From the UHGV virus genome UHGV-0057547: DNA of 64,000 bases; one strand, given 5' to 3'. This DNA comes from a virus. Shown one piece after another: positions 21,700 to 31,696 of the stretch; within the stretch, counting starts at the first letter, position 1; each line of letters begins with the position of its first letter. A program made the translations under genes and the position numbers. The notes beneath the pieces are model-generated. The model did not search any database. It was not told the origin of the DNA and saw only the letters and a program-made list of their open reading frames with translations.

Positions 21700-22725
21700 A
21701 TGGAAGAAAAGGAAAAAAGAGCAATAGATATAGAAGATATGTTTGAAATCTGTGTTATAAAAGATGAACATGGAGAAGATGGTTATAGTCTAGGAACATA
21801 TAAGGATAGACAAGCTTTAAGTGGTTTTTATATAAAAGCAAAAAAAGATAGTTTATTGGAAAAAGTAGAAGGTTTCTTTTGTGGTAAATTTAAGTTAGAA
21901 AATGACCCTGAAAATTATAGACAAGAAGCAAGGATAGAGCTTTGGTTGTCAATAGATAAATACTATAATAAGCTTGGTTATGATGATACTGTTAAAGGAG
22001 ATGGGTTAATATTTACCAATTGCAAATATAAGGCAATGGATATGGCTAAATTAGCTAAAGGAAACGTATCTGTTTGTGATAGAACAACTGGTAAATATTA
22101 TATAAATAAAATAGAATCATTTGAGCAGAAATTTATTGAAGAAAATGATAAAATGAGAAATCAAAAAGATGAAAAATACTTAAGTGAAAAATATAATATT
22201 GAAGATTTTAATAAAGTATTTACAGGAGAATATGAGACAACAAATGAATTTATTCGATGGTTTGAAAAAAATAAAAGTTACATATTAACAAAAAAACAAA
22301 TAGATTATTTAAATGGAGATGCAATAATAAAAAACGCAAGTGGTGTTTGGATAATAAATAAAAATATAAGAAAAAGAGTAGAAAGTTGTTATGCAAACGA
22401 TAAATTAAAAAAAGAAAGAATTAAGAAATTAAATAAAAAATTAAAAAATGTAAATTATTTATTGGATTTCAGTGATGAAGAAGATTTGATTAATAGACTT
22501 AAGAAAATGTCTAAGAGAAAAGATGATAGAATCTTAATGAAATTATTTGAATATCTAACTAAAGACGAATGTATTCTATTAACTAGAATATTAAATGATA
22601 AAGATTATGAAGTTGAAAATAAAAAATTTTATTATAACATAATAGAAATATTGATAAATGAAGAAGCATACATTAATAATTTAATTGAAAATATGAAGAA
22701 GGAAGGTGAAATCCCTTGGGATTAA
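21700..22725 (+). CDS. Hypothetical protein (341 aa)
   Basis: ORF track. Confidence 0.35.
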   Translation: MEEKEKRAIDIEDMFEICVIKDEHGEDGYSLGTYKDRQALSGFYIKAKKDSLLEKVEGFFCGKFKLENDPENYRQEARIELWLSIDKYYNKLGYDDTVKGDGLIFTNCKYKAMDMAKLAKGNVSVCDRTTGKYYINKIESFEQKFIEENDKMRNQKDEKYLSEKYNIEDFNKVFTGEYETTNEFIRWFEKNKSYILTKKQIDYLNGDAIIKNASGVWIINKNIRKRVESCYANDKLKKERIKKLNKKLKNVNYLLDFSDEEDLINRLKKMSKRKDDRILMKLFEYLTKDECILLTRILNDKDYEVENKKFYYNIIEILINEEAYINNLIENMKKEGEIPWD

Positions 22726-23321
22726 AAAGAAGAAATGTTAGAAGTGTTAATAAAAAAGATAAAGATATTGGTGGAATAAGTTTAAGTGATTATCAAAAAG
22801 AAGCAATAAAAATAGCAATAGCTAATAAAAAAGAAAATAATAAAATAGAGATATGTACTTCAGAGGAAAATAAAGAAGATATAAAGGAAGTTGCTACTGA
22901 AAAGGTAGAATTAGCTAATGACATGGTTAAAACTCCAACAGAGCCAATTAATGAGCTTACAGATACAACTGAAGAAGATACTAATGTTGCAGAAGTAGCT
23001 GAAGAAAAGGTAATTGAAGTTCAAGAAGAAAAAGTAGTAGTCGAAGATGTTGATGCCGAAGAAAAAGAAGAAAAAGAAGTAGAAGATTTAAATACAGAAA
23101 AAGATGATGTAGCAAAAATAATAGAAGAAGAAAACAATAAATCTGAAGAAGATAAAAGGGTTATATGTTTAGATACTGGAATAGTATATGAAAACAGTAA
23201 AGATGCAGAAAGTAAAACTGTTGCCAAAGCCAATGCTATCACTAGGTGTTGTAGAGGAAATTGTAAAAAAGCTGGTAAATTGAGATGGCAATACTATAGT
23301 GATTATTTACTTGAAAAATAA
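22716..23321 (+). CDS. Acidic protein with C-terminal NUMOD1/IENR-like DNA-binding motif
   Basis: C-terminal VICLDTGIVYENSKDAESKTVAKANAITRCCRG..AGKLRWQY resembles the nuclease-associated HTH motif. Confidence 0.35.
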   Translation: MGLKRRNVRSVNKKDKDIGGISLSDYQKEAIKIAIANKKENNKIEICTSEENKEDIKEVATEKVELANDMVKTPTEPINELTDTTEEDTNVAEVAEEKVIEVQEEKVVVEDVDAEEKEEKEVEDLNTEKDDVAKIIEEENNKSEEDKRVICLDTGIVYENSKDAESKTVAKANAITRCCRGNCKKAGKLRWQYYSDYLLEK

Positions 23322-23482
23322 AATAAAAACATTTGACTTTTAATGAAAGTCTTAGTATTATATAAGTAAAGCTACGATAAATCAATAAAAAATATATATA
23401 GTTGTCTTACATAAAAAATGTAATATTTCGATTAATGCACCATAAATGGTATATTAATTAATATGTAAGGAGAGATGCGACA

Positions 23483-24268
23483 ATGACTGAAAAAGAATTT
23501 GTAAGGGCATTGGTAGCAGAATGTAAAAGGAATGGTTATAGAATATCGCAACCCAATGTTAAAAAAGTAATAAAATCTTTAAGAAATTTGACATTTAAAA
23601 CTTGCTTAGAAGGAGAAGAAGTTAGATTGTTAGGATTTTGCACATTTACACCTGAAGAAACAAGAGATGTAATCCTACCAAATGGAGAACATAATAAAAA
23701 GAGAACAGTCATAAGAGTAAAATTAACAGAAGTGTTTAAAAGAAGATTTAGAGATACAGCAGTATTAGTAAGAGATGGAGCTATGGATTTATCAGATATT
23801 CATTATAATATGTTTTTTGAAGATGATGAAGAATATGATGATTTGTTTGATGACTTAGACGAAGAAATAGAGGAAATAGAAGAACAGATAGCAGAATTAG
23901 AAGATGAGGACGACGAAGATGAATCAGAGGATGAGGATGATACTGACACAGGTGATGAAGAAGATACAGATAGTGAAGATGTTGAAGATGATGTAAGTGA
24001 AGAAGATAGTGACACAGATGACGATGAAATTGGTACAGAAGATGAAGAAATCATTGAAGAAGAAGACGATACAGAAGAAATGGAAGAAGACGAAGATGAT
24101 GAAAATACAGATGACGATACTGATTCTGATGATGAATTAGAAGATGAAGACGACGAAGAAGATACTAATAGTGATGAAGAAGATGAAAATTCTGAAACAG
24201 AAGAATTATTAGAAAAATTAAATAGTTTATATGAAGAATTTAAAAATAATTTAAGAGGTGAAAAATAG
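23483..24268 (+). CDS. HU/IHF-like DNA-binding protein fused to an ~150-aa poly-acidic (D/E) tail
   Basis: N-terminal 90 aa match the HU fold pattern (..LLGFCTFTPEETRDVILPNGEH..); C-terminus almost entirely D/E. Confidence 0.5.
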   Translation: MTEKEFVRALVAECKRNGYRISQPNVKKVIKSLRNLTFKTCLEGEEVRLLGFCTFTPEETRDVILPNGEHNKKRTVIRVKLTEVFKRRFRDTAVLVRDGAMDLSDIHYNMFFEDDEEYDDLFDDLDEEIEEIEEQIAELEDEDDEDESEDEDDTDTGDEEDTDSEDVEDDVSEEDSDTDDDEIGTEDEEIIEEEDDTEEMEEDEDDENTDDDTDSDDELEDEDDEEDTNSDEEDENSETEELLEKLNSLYEEFKNNLRGEK

Positions 24269-24660
24269 TGGAATTAAAAGCTATAAACAATATTAGTGAT
24301 GTAATCATAAGTACAGAAAATTGTAATAAATATTTATTAAAAACAATTAATTCTATAAAATTAATTTATTACAATAATGAAATCTATATTAAACTATCTA
24401 TTGAAGTATTTTCAGAAAAAGAAATAGAATTATATAAGAAGTTCATACAAAAAACAATAGAAAAAGAAAAAAGTAAAGTATTTGTAGATTTTCATATAAA
24501 TGAAGTAAATACAAATGGTAAAAAACATAATAAATATAATCATTTAAGTTGTTCTTATGGTATACCAAATAATATATGTTTATTAGAATTAAATTACACT
24601 GAAATCACATCAATAGATTATTATTTTAAAATTAATGATATTAATGAATTAAATTTATAA
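24268..24660 (+). CDS. Hypothetical protein
   Basis: ORF track; GTG start overlapping previous stop. Confidence 0.3.
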   Translation: MELKAINNISDVIISTENCNKYLLKTINSIKLIYYNNEIYIKLSIEVFSEKEIELYKKFIQKTIEKEKSKVFVDFHINEVNTNGKKHNKYNHLSCSYGIPNNICLLELNYTEITSIDYYFKINDINELNL

Positions 24661-24681
24661 TTAAAAAGGAGAGATGTTATT

Positions 24682-24891
24682 ATGGCAAAAATTTCAAAAA
24701 GTATGAGTTTTAAAAATTTTAGTTTTCGCATTAATAAAGATGAAGTGTTAAATAAAGATGTTATATATTTAGTTGAAGAAACTAAAGATGACCAATTATT
24801 CCATTCATTAGATGAAATATTAGAATATTTTGCTGGTGAAGATGGATTATCAATGACTATAAAAATAGAAAAGAACCTTGGCGAAGAATAG
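24682..24891 (+). CDS. Hypothetical small protein
   Basis: ORF with RBS aaaggagag. Confidence 0.3.
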   Translation: MAKISKSMSFKNFSFRINKDEVLNKDVIYLVEETKDDQLFHSLDEILEYFAGEDGLSMTIKIEKNLGEE

Positions 24892-24929
24892 TAATTAAAA
24901 AGAAAAAAAATAATAGAGGTGAAATAACA

Positions 24930-25199
24930 GTGATAACAAGTCCAAAAAGATTAAGAAGTAAACATGGGGTATTTGATAAAGAATATGATATGATAGAATA
25001 TCCTGAAGGCGTTGATATACAATTAGCTTATGAATTTAATGTTTATAACTTAGGTGAAGAAAATGTAGAAATACAATTTAACAAAGAAGGAGATTTCTTA
25101 ACTTTAGAACCTGGTGAAGGATTTGAAGTTTTCTTACCTATAACTCATGCAGTAGTTAAAACTGCTAATTCGAGATTGAAATATTCTTATTGGTGTTAA
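24930..25199 (+). CDS. Hypothetical small protein
   Basis: ORF with RBS agaggtg. Confidence 0.3.
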   Translation: MITSPKRLRSKHGVFDKEYDMIEYPEGVDIQLAYEFNVYNLGEENVEIQFNKEGDFLTLEPGEGFEVFLPITHAVVKTANSRLKYSYWC

Positions 25200-25518
25200 T
25201 AATATTTTTTTCAAAAAGTGTTTACAAAATTAAATAAAAATGTTATATTATATATATAAGATAAAATAAGGCTACGATAATTATTCCTTCTAATTATATA
25301 AAATAAAAGATTAGGAAATATAAATATAATTATACCGTCTATCGGTATAATGAAAGTATAATTATCAATTTCCTTATTAATAAATAAAATTATGTTTGGC
25401 TATATTAATTATTCCTTCTAATTGGTGCAGATTACATATATATAATTAATGCTTTCCAAACAACAATATAATTTTATAATAAATATTTCATATACATCAC
25501 CCCCTTTTATATATAATA

Positions 25519-25640
25519 TCCACTCGGTTCGTTCGAGTGGATATTTTTCAAAGGTTAAATTAATGAATTTTCCTTTTGATAGTATGTCGCATTATATATG
25601 GCTATGTGTTTAGAATAAACAATTTCCATTAAATATAATG
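25519..25640. promoter_or_regulatory. Two strong hairpins in the intergenic region (atccactcg-gttcgtt-cgagtggat; long imperfect inverted repeat around tcgcattatat...atataatgcga)
   Basis: Inverted repeats read directly from sequence. Confidence 0.35.
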
Positions 25641-25734
25641 CGACTTTTATTGTTTATGTGTTGAACAGATGGAGATAATAATTTTTATCTCTATGTATTG
25701 AATATATAAATAAAAATTAAGGAGTTGGTATTTA

Positions 25735-27840
25735 ATGAAAGAAATGAACACTATGTATTTAAGAAGAAGAAATAAAATGATAGTTAGCTTTAATGACAAA
25801 GATAGCGAAAAAGTTAGTGAACAAATAATAGCAACTTCATTAGTAAATTTAGAAAGTTATGGATATACATTTTCAGAAAAACTTATAGAAGAATTAAAAT
25901 TATTATCTGTTGAACAATATATAGATTTTTATAATATGACAGTATCAATAATTAAAGAATTAGTAGGAGCAGATAAAGTTACCGAACCTATGTATCCTAA
26001 TTTCCCACAACAAGTAATGGAAATGGATGAAGTTGAATTATATCTTAATGCAATAATTCATTATGCTACTGATGGTCAATTAGTTCCTGAATATGAAAAG
26101 AAAGAAAGATTCCCTTTAATAGGAAATTATGACTTAACTGTTATAGACTTAGGAAATGTTGAAGATTTCAATACAATATTTACTAATTTAGTATCTTCTA
26201 AAGTAAGTATATCTGCTTCAGATAAATCAGATATATCATGGTTTTTAAAAAAATTCAATAAAGAATATCTAAAGAAAATTATGCCTGAAGAAATTCCATT
26301 TAAAGAAATATTGAGTTATGTGACTTCTGAATTATGGTTTGGTGAATACAATGATGACATTAAAGAAATATTGATACCTTATTATAAAACAGCCACTGAT
26401 GTCTTAAGATTAGCAACAGTTTTAAGTGATGGAGATGAAAGTTTATCAAAAGATTATTATTATAATTCATTTAAAAGAAAAGACAGAAGAATACTATTAA
26501 CAATGTTAGAAAATGCAAATAACATAGAAGAGGATATGCTTAGATATAAAAATAGATGGATAAGATTAGGAGAGGTATTACACCCAGGTGAATATAAGAA
26601 ATTTAAAAAAGTTAATAGAGCATTTGATAAAATAAGAAATGATAAAAAAATAGATACATTTAATAGTAATATAGAAAAAGCATTTGAAGAAAAAGACTTA
26701 GATAAAATTCTTGAATTATTAACTAGTAGACCTGGTGAATTCGCTAGAAGATTAGATAGAACTCTTAGATTAGCAACTGATAAAAATGAAAGCAATAAAA
26801 TAGTATTAGCATTTAGTCAAATAGCTGAAAAAATTCCTACTCCTCTTTTACTACAAATTAGAAGTTATTTCATAAAAAGAAAAGAAAACAACAACTTAAG
26901 AGTTTTCTCAATAAAAGGTTCAGGAAAATTATATGGTAAAGAAAATGATTTAAAAGAACTAGATAAAATAACTTGTACTAGAATAGAAAACATTTGTAAT
27001 CTTAGATTAATGAATGAATATTCTAAAAGAGATTATTTAGGGAAAGTTTATATAGACGAAGAATTAAAAGATTATATAGCACCAACATCTCAAAGAAACT
27101 CTAGTAAAGCATTAAAATCAATGGCAAAAGGTAGTAAAATGAAAATAAAAGATGGAACAAATTTTTTAAGAAATTTCGTATATTGGAAACAAAAAAATGG
27201 TTGTAGAACAGATTTAGACTTGAATGCATTATGTTTTACTAATGAGTTAGAAGTTATTGATGAAATATGGTATGGTAATTTAAGAGGTCGTAAAACAAAT
27301 ATTTGTCATAGTGGAGATTTTATATCAGCTAAAGATGGTGCAAGTGAATTTATTGACATTGATATTGAAAAATGTAAAGAAAGTGGCGTTAGATATATCT
27401 TAGTTTCAATTAATAGTTTTTCAGAAGAATATTTCAGTGAATTAGAAGATTGTTTTATAGGTTACATGGAATTAGATAATAATACAACTGGCGAAGTATT
27501 TGAGCCAAAAGCAGTAGCCAATAAATCTGACTTAAGTTCTGATTGTGAACAAGTAATCGCTAACATAATAGATTTAGAGGAAATGTGTATTTATTGGGCT
27601 GATATGCCAGTATCAAAAAGCTATGGATATAATAATATAAAATTTAATAAAAAGAATTTGACATATACCCTAGAATCAATAATGAATATATGCAAACCTA
27701 ATTTATACGATGTAATATTCATGAATGCAATTGCTAGAGGAGAAGTAGTAGATAATAAAGAAGAAGCAGAAATAGTTTATTCAACAGATGGAGATATTAC
27801 ACCATTTGATGTAGATATAATTGTCGGAGAATATATATAA
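25735..27840 (+). CDS. Large hypothetical protein (701 aa), unknown function
   Basis: ORF with RBS aaggag; no confidently recognisable motif. Confidence 0.45.
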   Translation: MKEMNTMYLRRRNKMIVSFNDKDSEKVSEQIIATSLVNLESYGYTFSEKLIEELKLLSVEQYIDFYNMTVSIIKELVGADKVTEPMYPNFPQQVMEMDEVELYLNAIIHYATDGQLVPEYEKKERFPLIGNYDLTVIDLGNVEDFNTIFTNLVSSKVSISASDKSDISWFLKKFNKEYLKKIMPEEIPFKEILSYVTSELWFGEYNDDIKEILIPYYKTATDVLRLATVLSDGDESLSKDYYYNSFKRKDRRILLTMLENANNIEEDMLRYKNRWIRLGEVLHPGEYKKFKKVNRAFDKIRNDKKIDTFNSNIEKAFEEKDLDKILELLTSRPGEFARRLDRTLRLATDKNESNKIVLAFSQIAEKIPTPLLLQIRSYFIKRKENNNLRVFSIKGSGKLYGKENDLKELDKITCTRIENICNLRLMNEYSKRDYLGKVYIDEELKDYIAPTSQRNSSKALKSMAKGSKMKIKDGTNFLRNFVYWKQKNGCRTDLDLNALCFTNELEVIDEIWYGNLRGRKTNICHSGDFISAKDGASEFIDIDIEKCKESGVRYILVSINSFSEEYFSELEDCFIGYMELDNNTTGEVFEPKAVANKSDLSSDCEQVIANIIDLEEMCIYWADMPVSKSYGYNNIKFNKKNLTYTLESIMNICKPNLYDVIFMNAIARGEVVDNKEEAEIVYSTDGDITPFDVDIIVGEYI

Positions 27841-27954
27841 TAATAATTTATGGTAGAAAAGTAATTTTCTACCTTTTTTTATTTACTTTTAATAAGAATC
27901 TTAGTATAATATAAGTAAAAAGGATAATAACAGATATAGAAGGAGAGATTGTAT

Positions 27955-29208
27955 ATGTTAGATGAAAAGTTCTTAAGAAAAGAAAATGAAACATTAGAAG
28001 AATATCAACTGAGATTATCTGTGATGAAATTAAAAGATGGAGAAGATATAGAATGGCAAGACATTAAAGAGTTATTAGATAGTGACGAACATAGAGATAC
28101 TCTTAGAAGAAAAGGAAAAGGTCTTGTTATGGCTTATGATATATACGAAGAAAAAATAGCAAAATTAGAAGATGAATATTACTACAAACTTAAGAAAATG
28201 AGAGAAAAAGTTGATGAAGACATAGAAGATAAAAGATTAAGAGAAATCAATAACAAAGTGTTACAGCTTGAAAAAGAAAAAATTAAATTAAAAGACCAAA
28301 GAAATGATTTAAATGCAACAAAAAGAACAATAGCTAGAGTAGAACATTTAGTTGAATGCATGGAAGATAAAATAGAAGAATTAAGTAAAGCTAAACCATT
28401 ACTTGAAAAAGAAGTTATTAAACCAATTAATAATACAATTGGGATAGCAATGATATCAGATATTCACTTAGGAGTTGGAGTTGATAATGAATTATCACAA
28501 TATAATCCTGAGATATGTAAGAAAAAAATGAATCATTATATCAATGAAGTTATTAGATATGGAGAATTTAATAATATAAGTGAATTGTATGTATTAGGCT
28601 TAGGCGATTATGTTACTGGAATTATAAGAAATACAAATAGATTAGAATCAAGATTAAATATAGTTCAACAAGTTTTAGTAGTAAGTGAATTGTTATCTGA
28701 AGCCATTGGAAGACTATCAGAACATTTTATATGTAAAGTTGGTTTAGTTCAAGGTAATCATGATGAGATTAGATTGGGTGATAAGGATAATACATTGATA
28801 GAAGAATCATTTACATTTTTTATAGATGAATATATAAAACAAAGATTAAAAGAAAATAAAAATGTTGAATTCTTACCAACTGAAGATAAAGAAAAAGAAT
28901 ACATAACTTTTAAAATAAATGGATTAAATTTCTTTGCATCTCATGGACAACGAGATAAAGATAGACAACTTGATAGAACTATTGAAATGTTTGATGAAAG
29001 AATAGATGTTGTATTAAGAGGACATTTTCATCAACCGTCAAAACATTATAAGAATAAAACATTGGTAATAACCAATGGTTGCTATTCCGGTGAACCTTAT
29101 TCAAAAAGAGCTAGATTGTATACACCTAGTATTCAAAAATTCTTAATATTTGATGAATATGGATTAGTATGTGATTACGACATCAATATAGATAGATATG
29201 AAAATTAA
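27955..29208 (+). CDS. Calcineurin-like metallophosphoesterase with N-terminal coiled-coil
   Basis: Motifs DIH, GDYV, GNHD, SHGQ and RGHFH in canonical order; RBS aggagag 7 nt upstream of ATG. Confidence 0.55.
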   Translation: MLDEKFLRKENETLEEYQLRLSVMKLKDGEDIEWQDIKELLDSDEHRDTLRRKGKGLVMAYDIYEEKIAKLEDEYYYKLKKMREKVDEDIEDKRLREINNKVLQLEKEKIKLKDQRNDLNATKRTIARVEHLVECMEDKIEELSKAKPLLEKEVIKPINNTIGIAMISDIHLGVGVDNELSQYNPEICKKKMNHYINEVIRYGEFNNISELYVLGLGDYVTGIIRNTNRLESRLNIVQQVLVVSELLSEAIGRLSEHFICKVGLVQGNHDEIRLGDKDNTLIEESFTFFIDEYIKQRLKENKNVEFLPTEDKEKEYITFKINGLNFFASHGQRDKDRQLDRTIEMFDERIDVVLRGHFHQPSKHYKNKTLVITNGCYSGEPYSKRARLYTPSIQKFLIFDEYGLVCDYDINIDRYEN

Positions 29209-29452
29209 CACATATAAATTTTATTATACGGTGAGAAATTAATTAAAGATATTAAAAATGTAAAAAGTAGTCTTATAAAAATAGTGTAAGTCAATGTGGA
29301 AGGACGGTTTCACAGCTTACAATTTCCTTCTTTTTTACTATACTATTCTTATAATAATCTATATTTACTTTAATATCTCTCCGATTTGGGTATCATAGTC
29401 CTTTCAACTATGATACCCTTTTTTTATTATATAAAACAGAAAGGAGAAAAAT

Positions 29453-30006
29453 ATGGCAAAAGCAAAAAAAGAAATAAAGAAAATAATATGTACTACATGT
29501 GGAAGAGAATTGCCTGAAAAAGACTTTGGTAAATCTTATTCATTTAGAGATAAGTTAAATGGAAGATTACCGATTTGCAAAGACTGTTGTGCTAGTTTAT
29601 ATGATAAGTTAATGGTAGATTATCAAGATGAAATGAAGGCGTTATATAGATTTTGTATGATATTAGATTTATATTTTTCTAAAGATACAGTTATGGGATT
29701 AATAAGTAAGAATAGAAATTCTGAAAGTAATCTTGGATATCTATATGTATTAAAATATAATTTGGTACAATATAAAAATAAAACATTTCAAGATACAACA
29801 GCATTTGTAAATATATTTGGTATGACAGAAGAAGAGATGGAAGAAGCATTATATTTAAATACTGAAAAAACAAAAGAAGAAATAGAAAGAAAAACTAAGA
29901 AAATAGTTACTCCGGAAGTAATCAAACGTTGGGGCTCGGATTTAGAGCTAGACGATTATATTTTTCTTGAAGATAGATATAACCAAATGCTTCTTGCTTA
30001 TGATGT
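29453..30006 (+). CDS. Terminase small subunit-like protein, exon 1 (zinc-ribbon N-terminus)
   Basis: Position directly upstream of the terminase large subunit gene; ORF reads through into the intron for 6 codons; P1 pairing gatgt/gcgtc defines the 5' splice site. Confidence 0.4.
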
Positions 30007-31417
30007 AATTATGCGTCCTATGTAAAGAAATTTGCATAGAAAATCTCCTTAATTGCAGGTAATTCCTAAAGCCTTACACCAAAACGGAAGGTGAAAACCT
30101 AAACGGCAACGGTACGAAAGTAGAAAAAACGTAAGGATGGATATAAGGTTAAATCCTAAGTATCCAAACATATTTATATATGTTAAAATGGATGTTCATG
30201 CAGGTAAGATTCTAAATTAAATTATTTTAAATACTTAACTTTTAATAAGATAAATTGTATAATATAAATAAAGAGAGGTGATAAAATGGCAAAAAAGAAA
30301 TCTCATGAGGAGTTTGTTAATGAATTAAATATAAAAAATCCTAATATAAAAGTATTGAATAAATATGTAAATGTGTCTACGAAAATAATGGTTAAATGTA
30401 TAATTTGTGGAAATGAATGGATGGCAATACCTGGTAGTTTATTAAATGGAACTGGGTGTCCAAAATGTGCAAATAAAAATAAATCAAATAAACAAAGAAA
30501 GACAAAAGAACAATTTATAGAAGAGATGAAAATTATTAATCCTAATGTTAAAATAATCGGTGATTATATTAATAATCATACGAAGATAAAATGTGAATGT
30601 TTAATATGTGGGAATATATATTTTATGATACCTAAAAATTTAAGGAAAGGGCAAAATTGTCCTGAATGTGCTATGAAACAAAGAGTATCTAAAAAATCTA
30701 AAATTCATGAACAATTTATAATTGAATTAAATGATATAAATAAAAATATTAAAGTATCAAATAAATATATAAATGCAAAAACAATCATGGAATGTTCTTG
30801 TGATATTTGTGGTCATAAATGGAAATCTAATGCTGATAATTTATTAAGAGGTCATGGGTGTCCAAAGTGTGCAATAGAAAATAGTAGAGGTGAAAATAAC
30901 CATAATTGGAATCCTAATCTTACACAAGAAGATAGAGAAAATAAAAGAAATTATATGGAATATAAAGAATGGAGAAAAAATTGTTATGAACGAGATGATT
31001 ATACTTGTCAAGTTACAGGGAAAAGAGGAGTAGAATTATGCGTACATCATTTATATTCTTATAATAAATATTATTGTTTAAGAACTGCATTAGATAATGG
31101 TATAACAGTATCTAAAGAAATACATGAATTGTTTCATAAAATATATGGACGAGGAGATAACACATTAGAACAATGGGAAGAATTTATTAAAAGTTTAGAA
31201 TAATTTAATATGAATCAAAGCTCAACGACTATTCCGTAAGGAAGTAAAACCACAAGCTATTGGTGGAAGAAAAGGGAGATACCTTAACAGATAATGCTGA
31301 AGGTGAAGAAATAGTCTACTCTCATATGAAAGTATGAGCAGTTTTGTATATATACAAAACGGATTAAGTGTAGCGAACTTAATTGAATATAAAGGATAAG
31401 AATCCCTCATCCCTTTG
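30007..31417 (+). mobile_element. Group I intron carrying an HNH-type homing-endonuclease ORF
   Basis: P1 and P2 hairpin ctatg..catag; conserved 5' core; P7 elements caacGACTA ... gaaATAGTCTa; 3' end inferred from frame (ccctttg|g). Confidence 0.6.
30286..31203 (+). CDS. Intron-encoded homing endonuclease: three zinc-ribbon repeat modules plus C-terminal HNH domain
   Basis: Repeats CxxC...GxGCPKC; C-terminal CQVTG...CVHHL..YN...DNG motif; own promoter and RBS. Confidence 0.6.
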   Translation: MAKKKSHEEFVNELNIKNPNIKVLNKYVNVSTKIMVKCIICGNEWMAIPGSLLNGTGCPKCANKNKSNKQRKTKEQFIEEMKIINPNVKIIGDYINNHTKIKCECLICGNIYFMIPKNLRKGQNCPECAMKQRVSKKSKIHEQFIIELNDINKNIKVSNKYINAKTIMECSCDICGHKWKSNADNLLRGHGCPKCAIENSRGENNHNWNPNLTQEDRENKRNYMEYKEWRKNCYERDDYTCQVTGKRGVELCVHHLYSYNKYYCLRTALDNGITVSKEIHELFHKIYGRGDNTLEQWEEFIKSLE

Positions 31418-31696
31418 GTCATATCAAGAAATATGTATGAATTATTTACTCCTTAGAAAAGATAGAGGAAATGTTCAACTTCAAAAAAGTATTCAAGAAA
31501 TTAATAGTAAATTACAAGCTGACTGTAAAATGAAATTATCACAAATAGATAATGATGATGATGACAATGCTTGTTTTGGGAAATTTATAGATAGAATAGA
31601 ATTATATGAACCATGTAATAAAAAGTTACCATTTTTTGAAGATATAGATGGAATAAGACAATACTTAAAACGATGGAAACAAAAAGCCACGACTGT
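31418..31696 (+). CDS. Terminase small subunit-like protein, exon 2
   Basis: Only open frame; phase matches exon 1 (2-nt carry-over); P1 ctgt|at with IGS atatgcag. Confidence 0.4.

Noticed and set aside
30007-30025. C-terminal tails of ORFs 29453..30025 (..IMRPM), 41466..42389 (..TYSSLCL) and 56503..61665 (..LPFILEII)
   Set aside because: These codons lie inside P1/P2 of the introns (IGS and hairpin sequence). They are read-through into intron, not coding.
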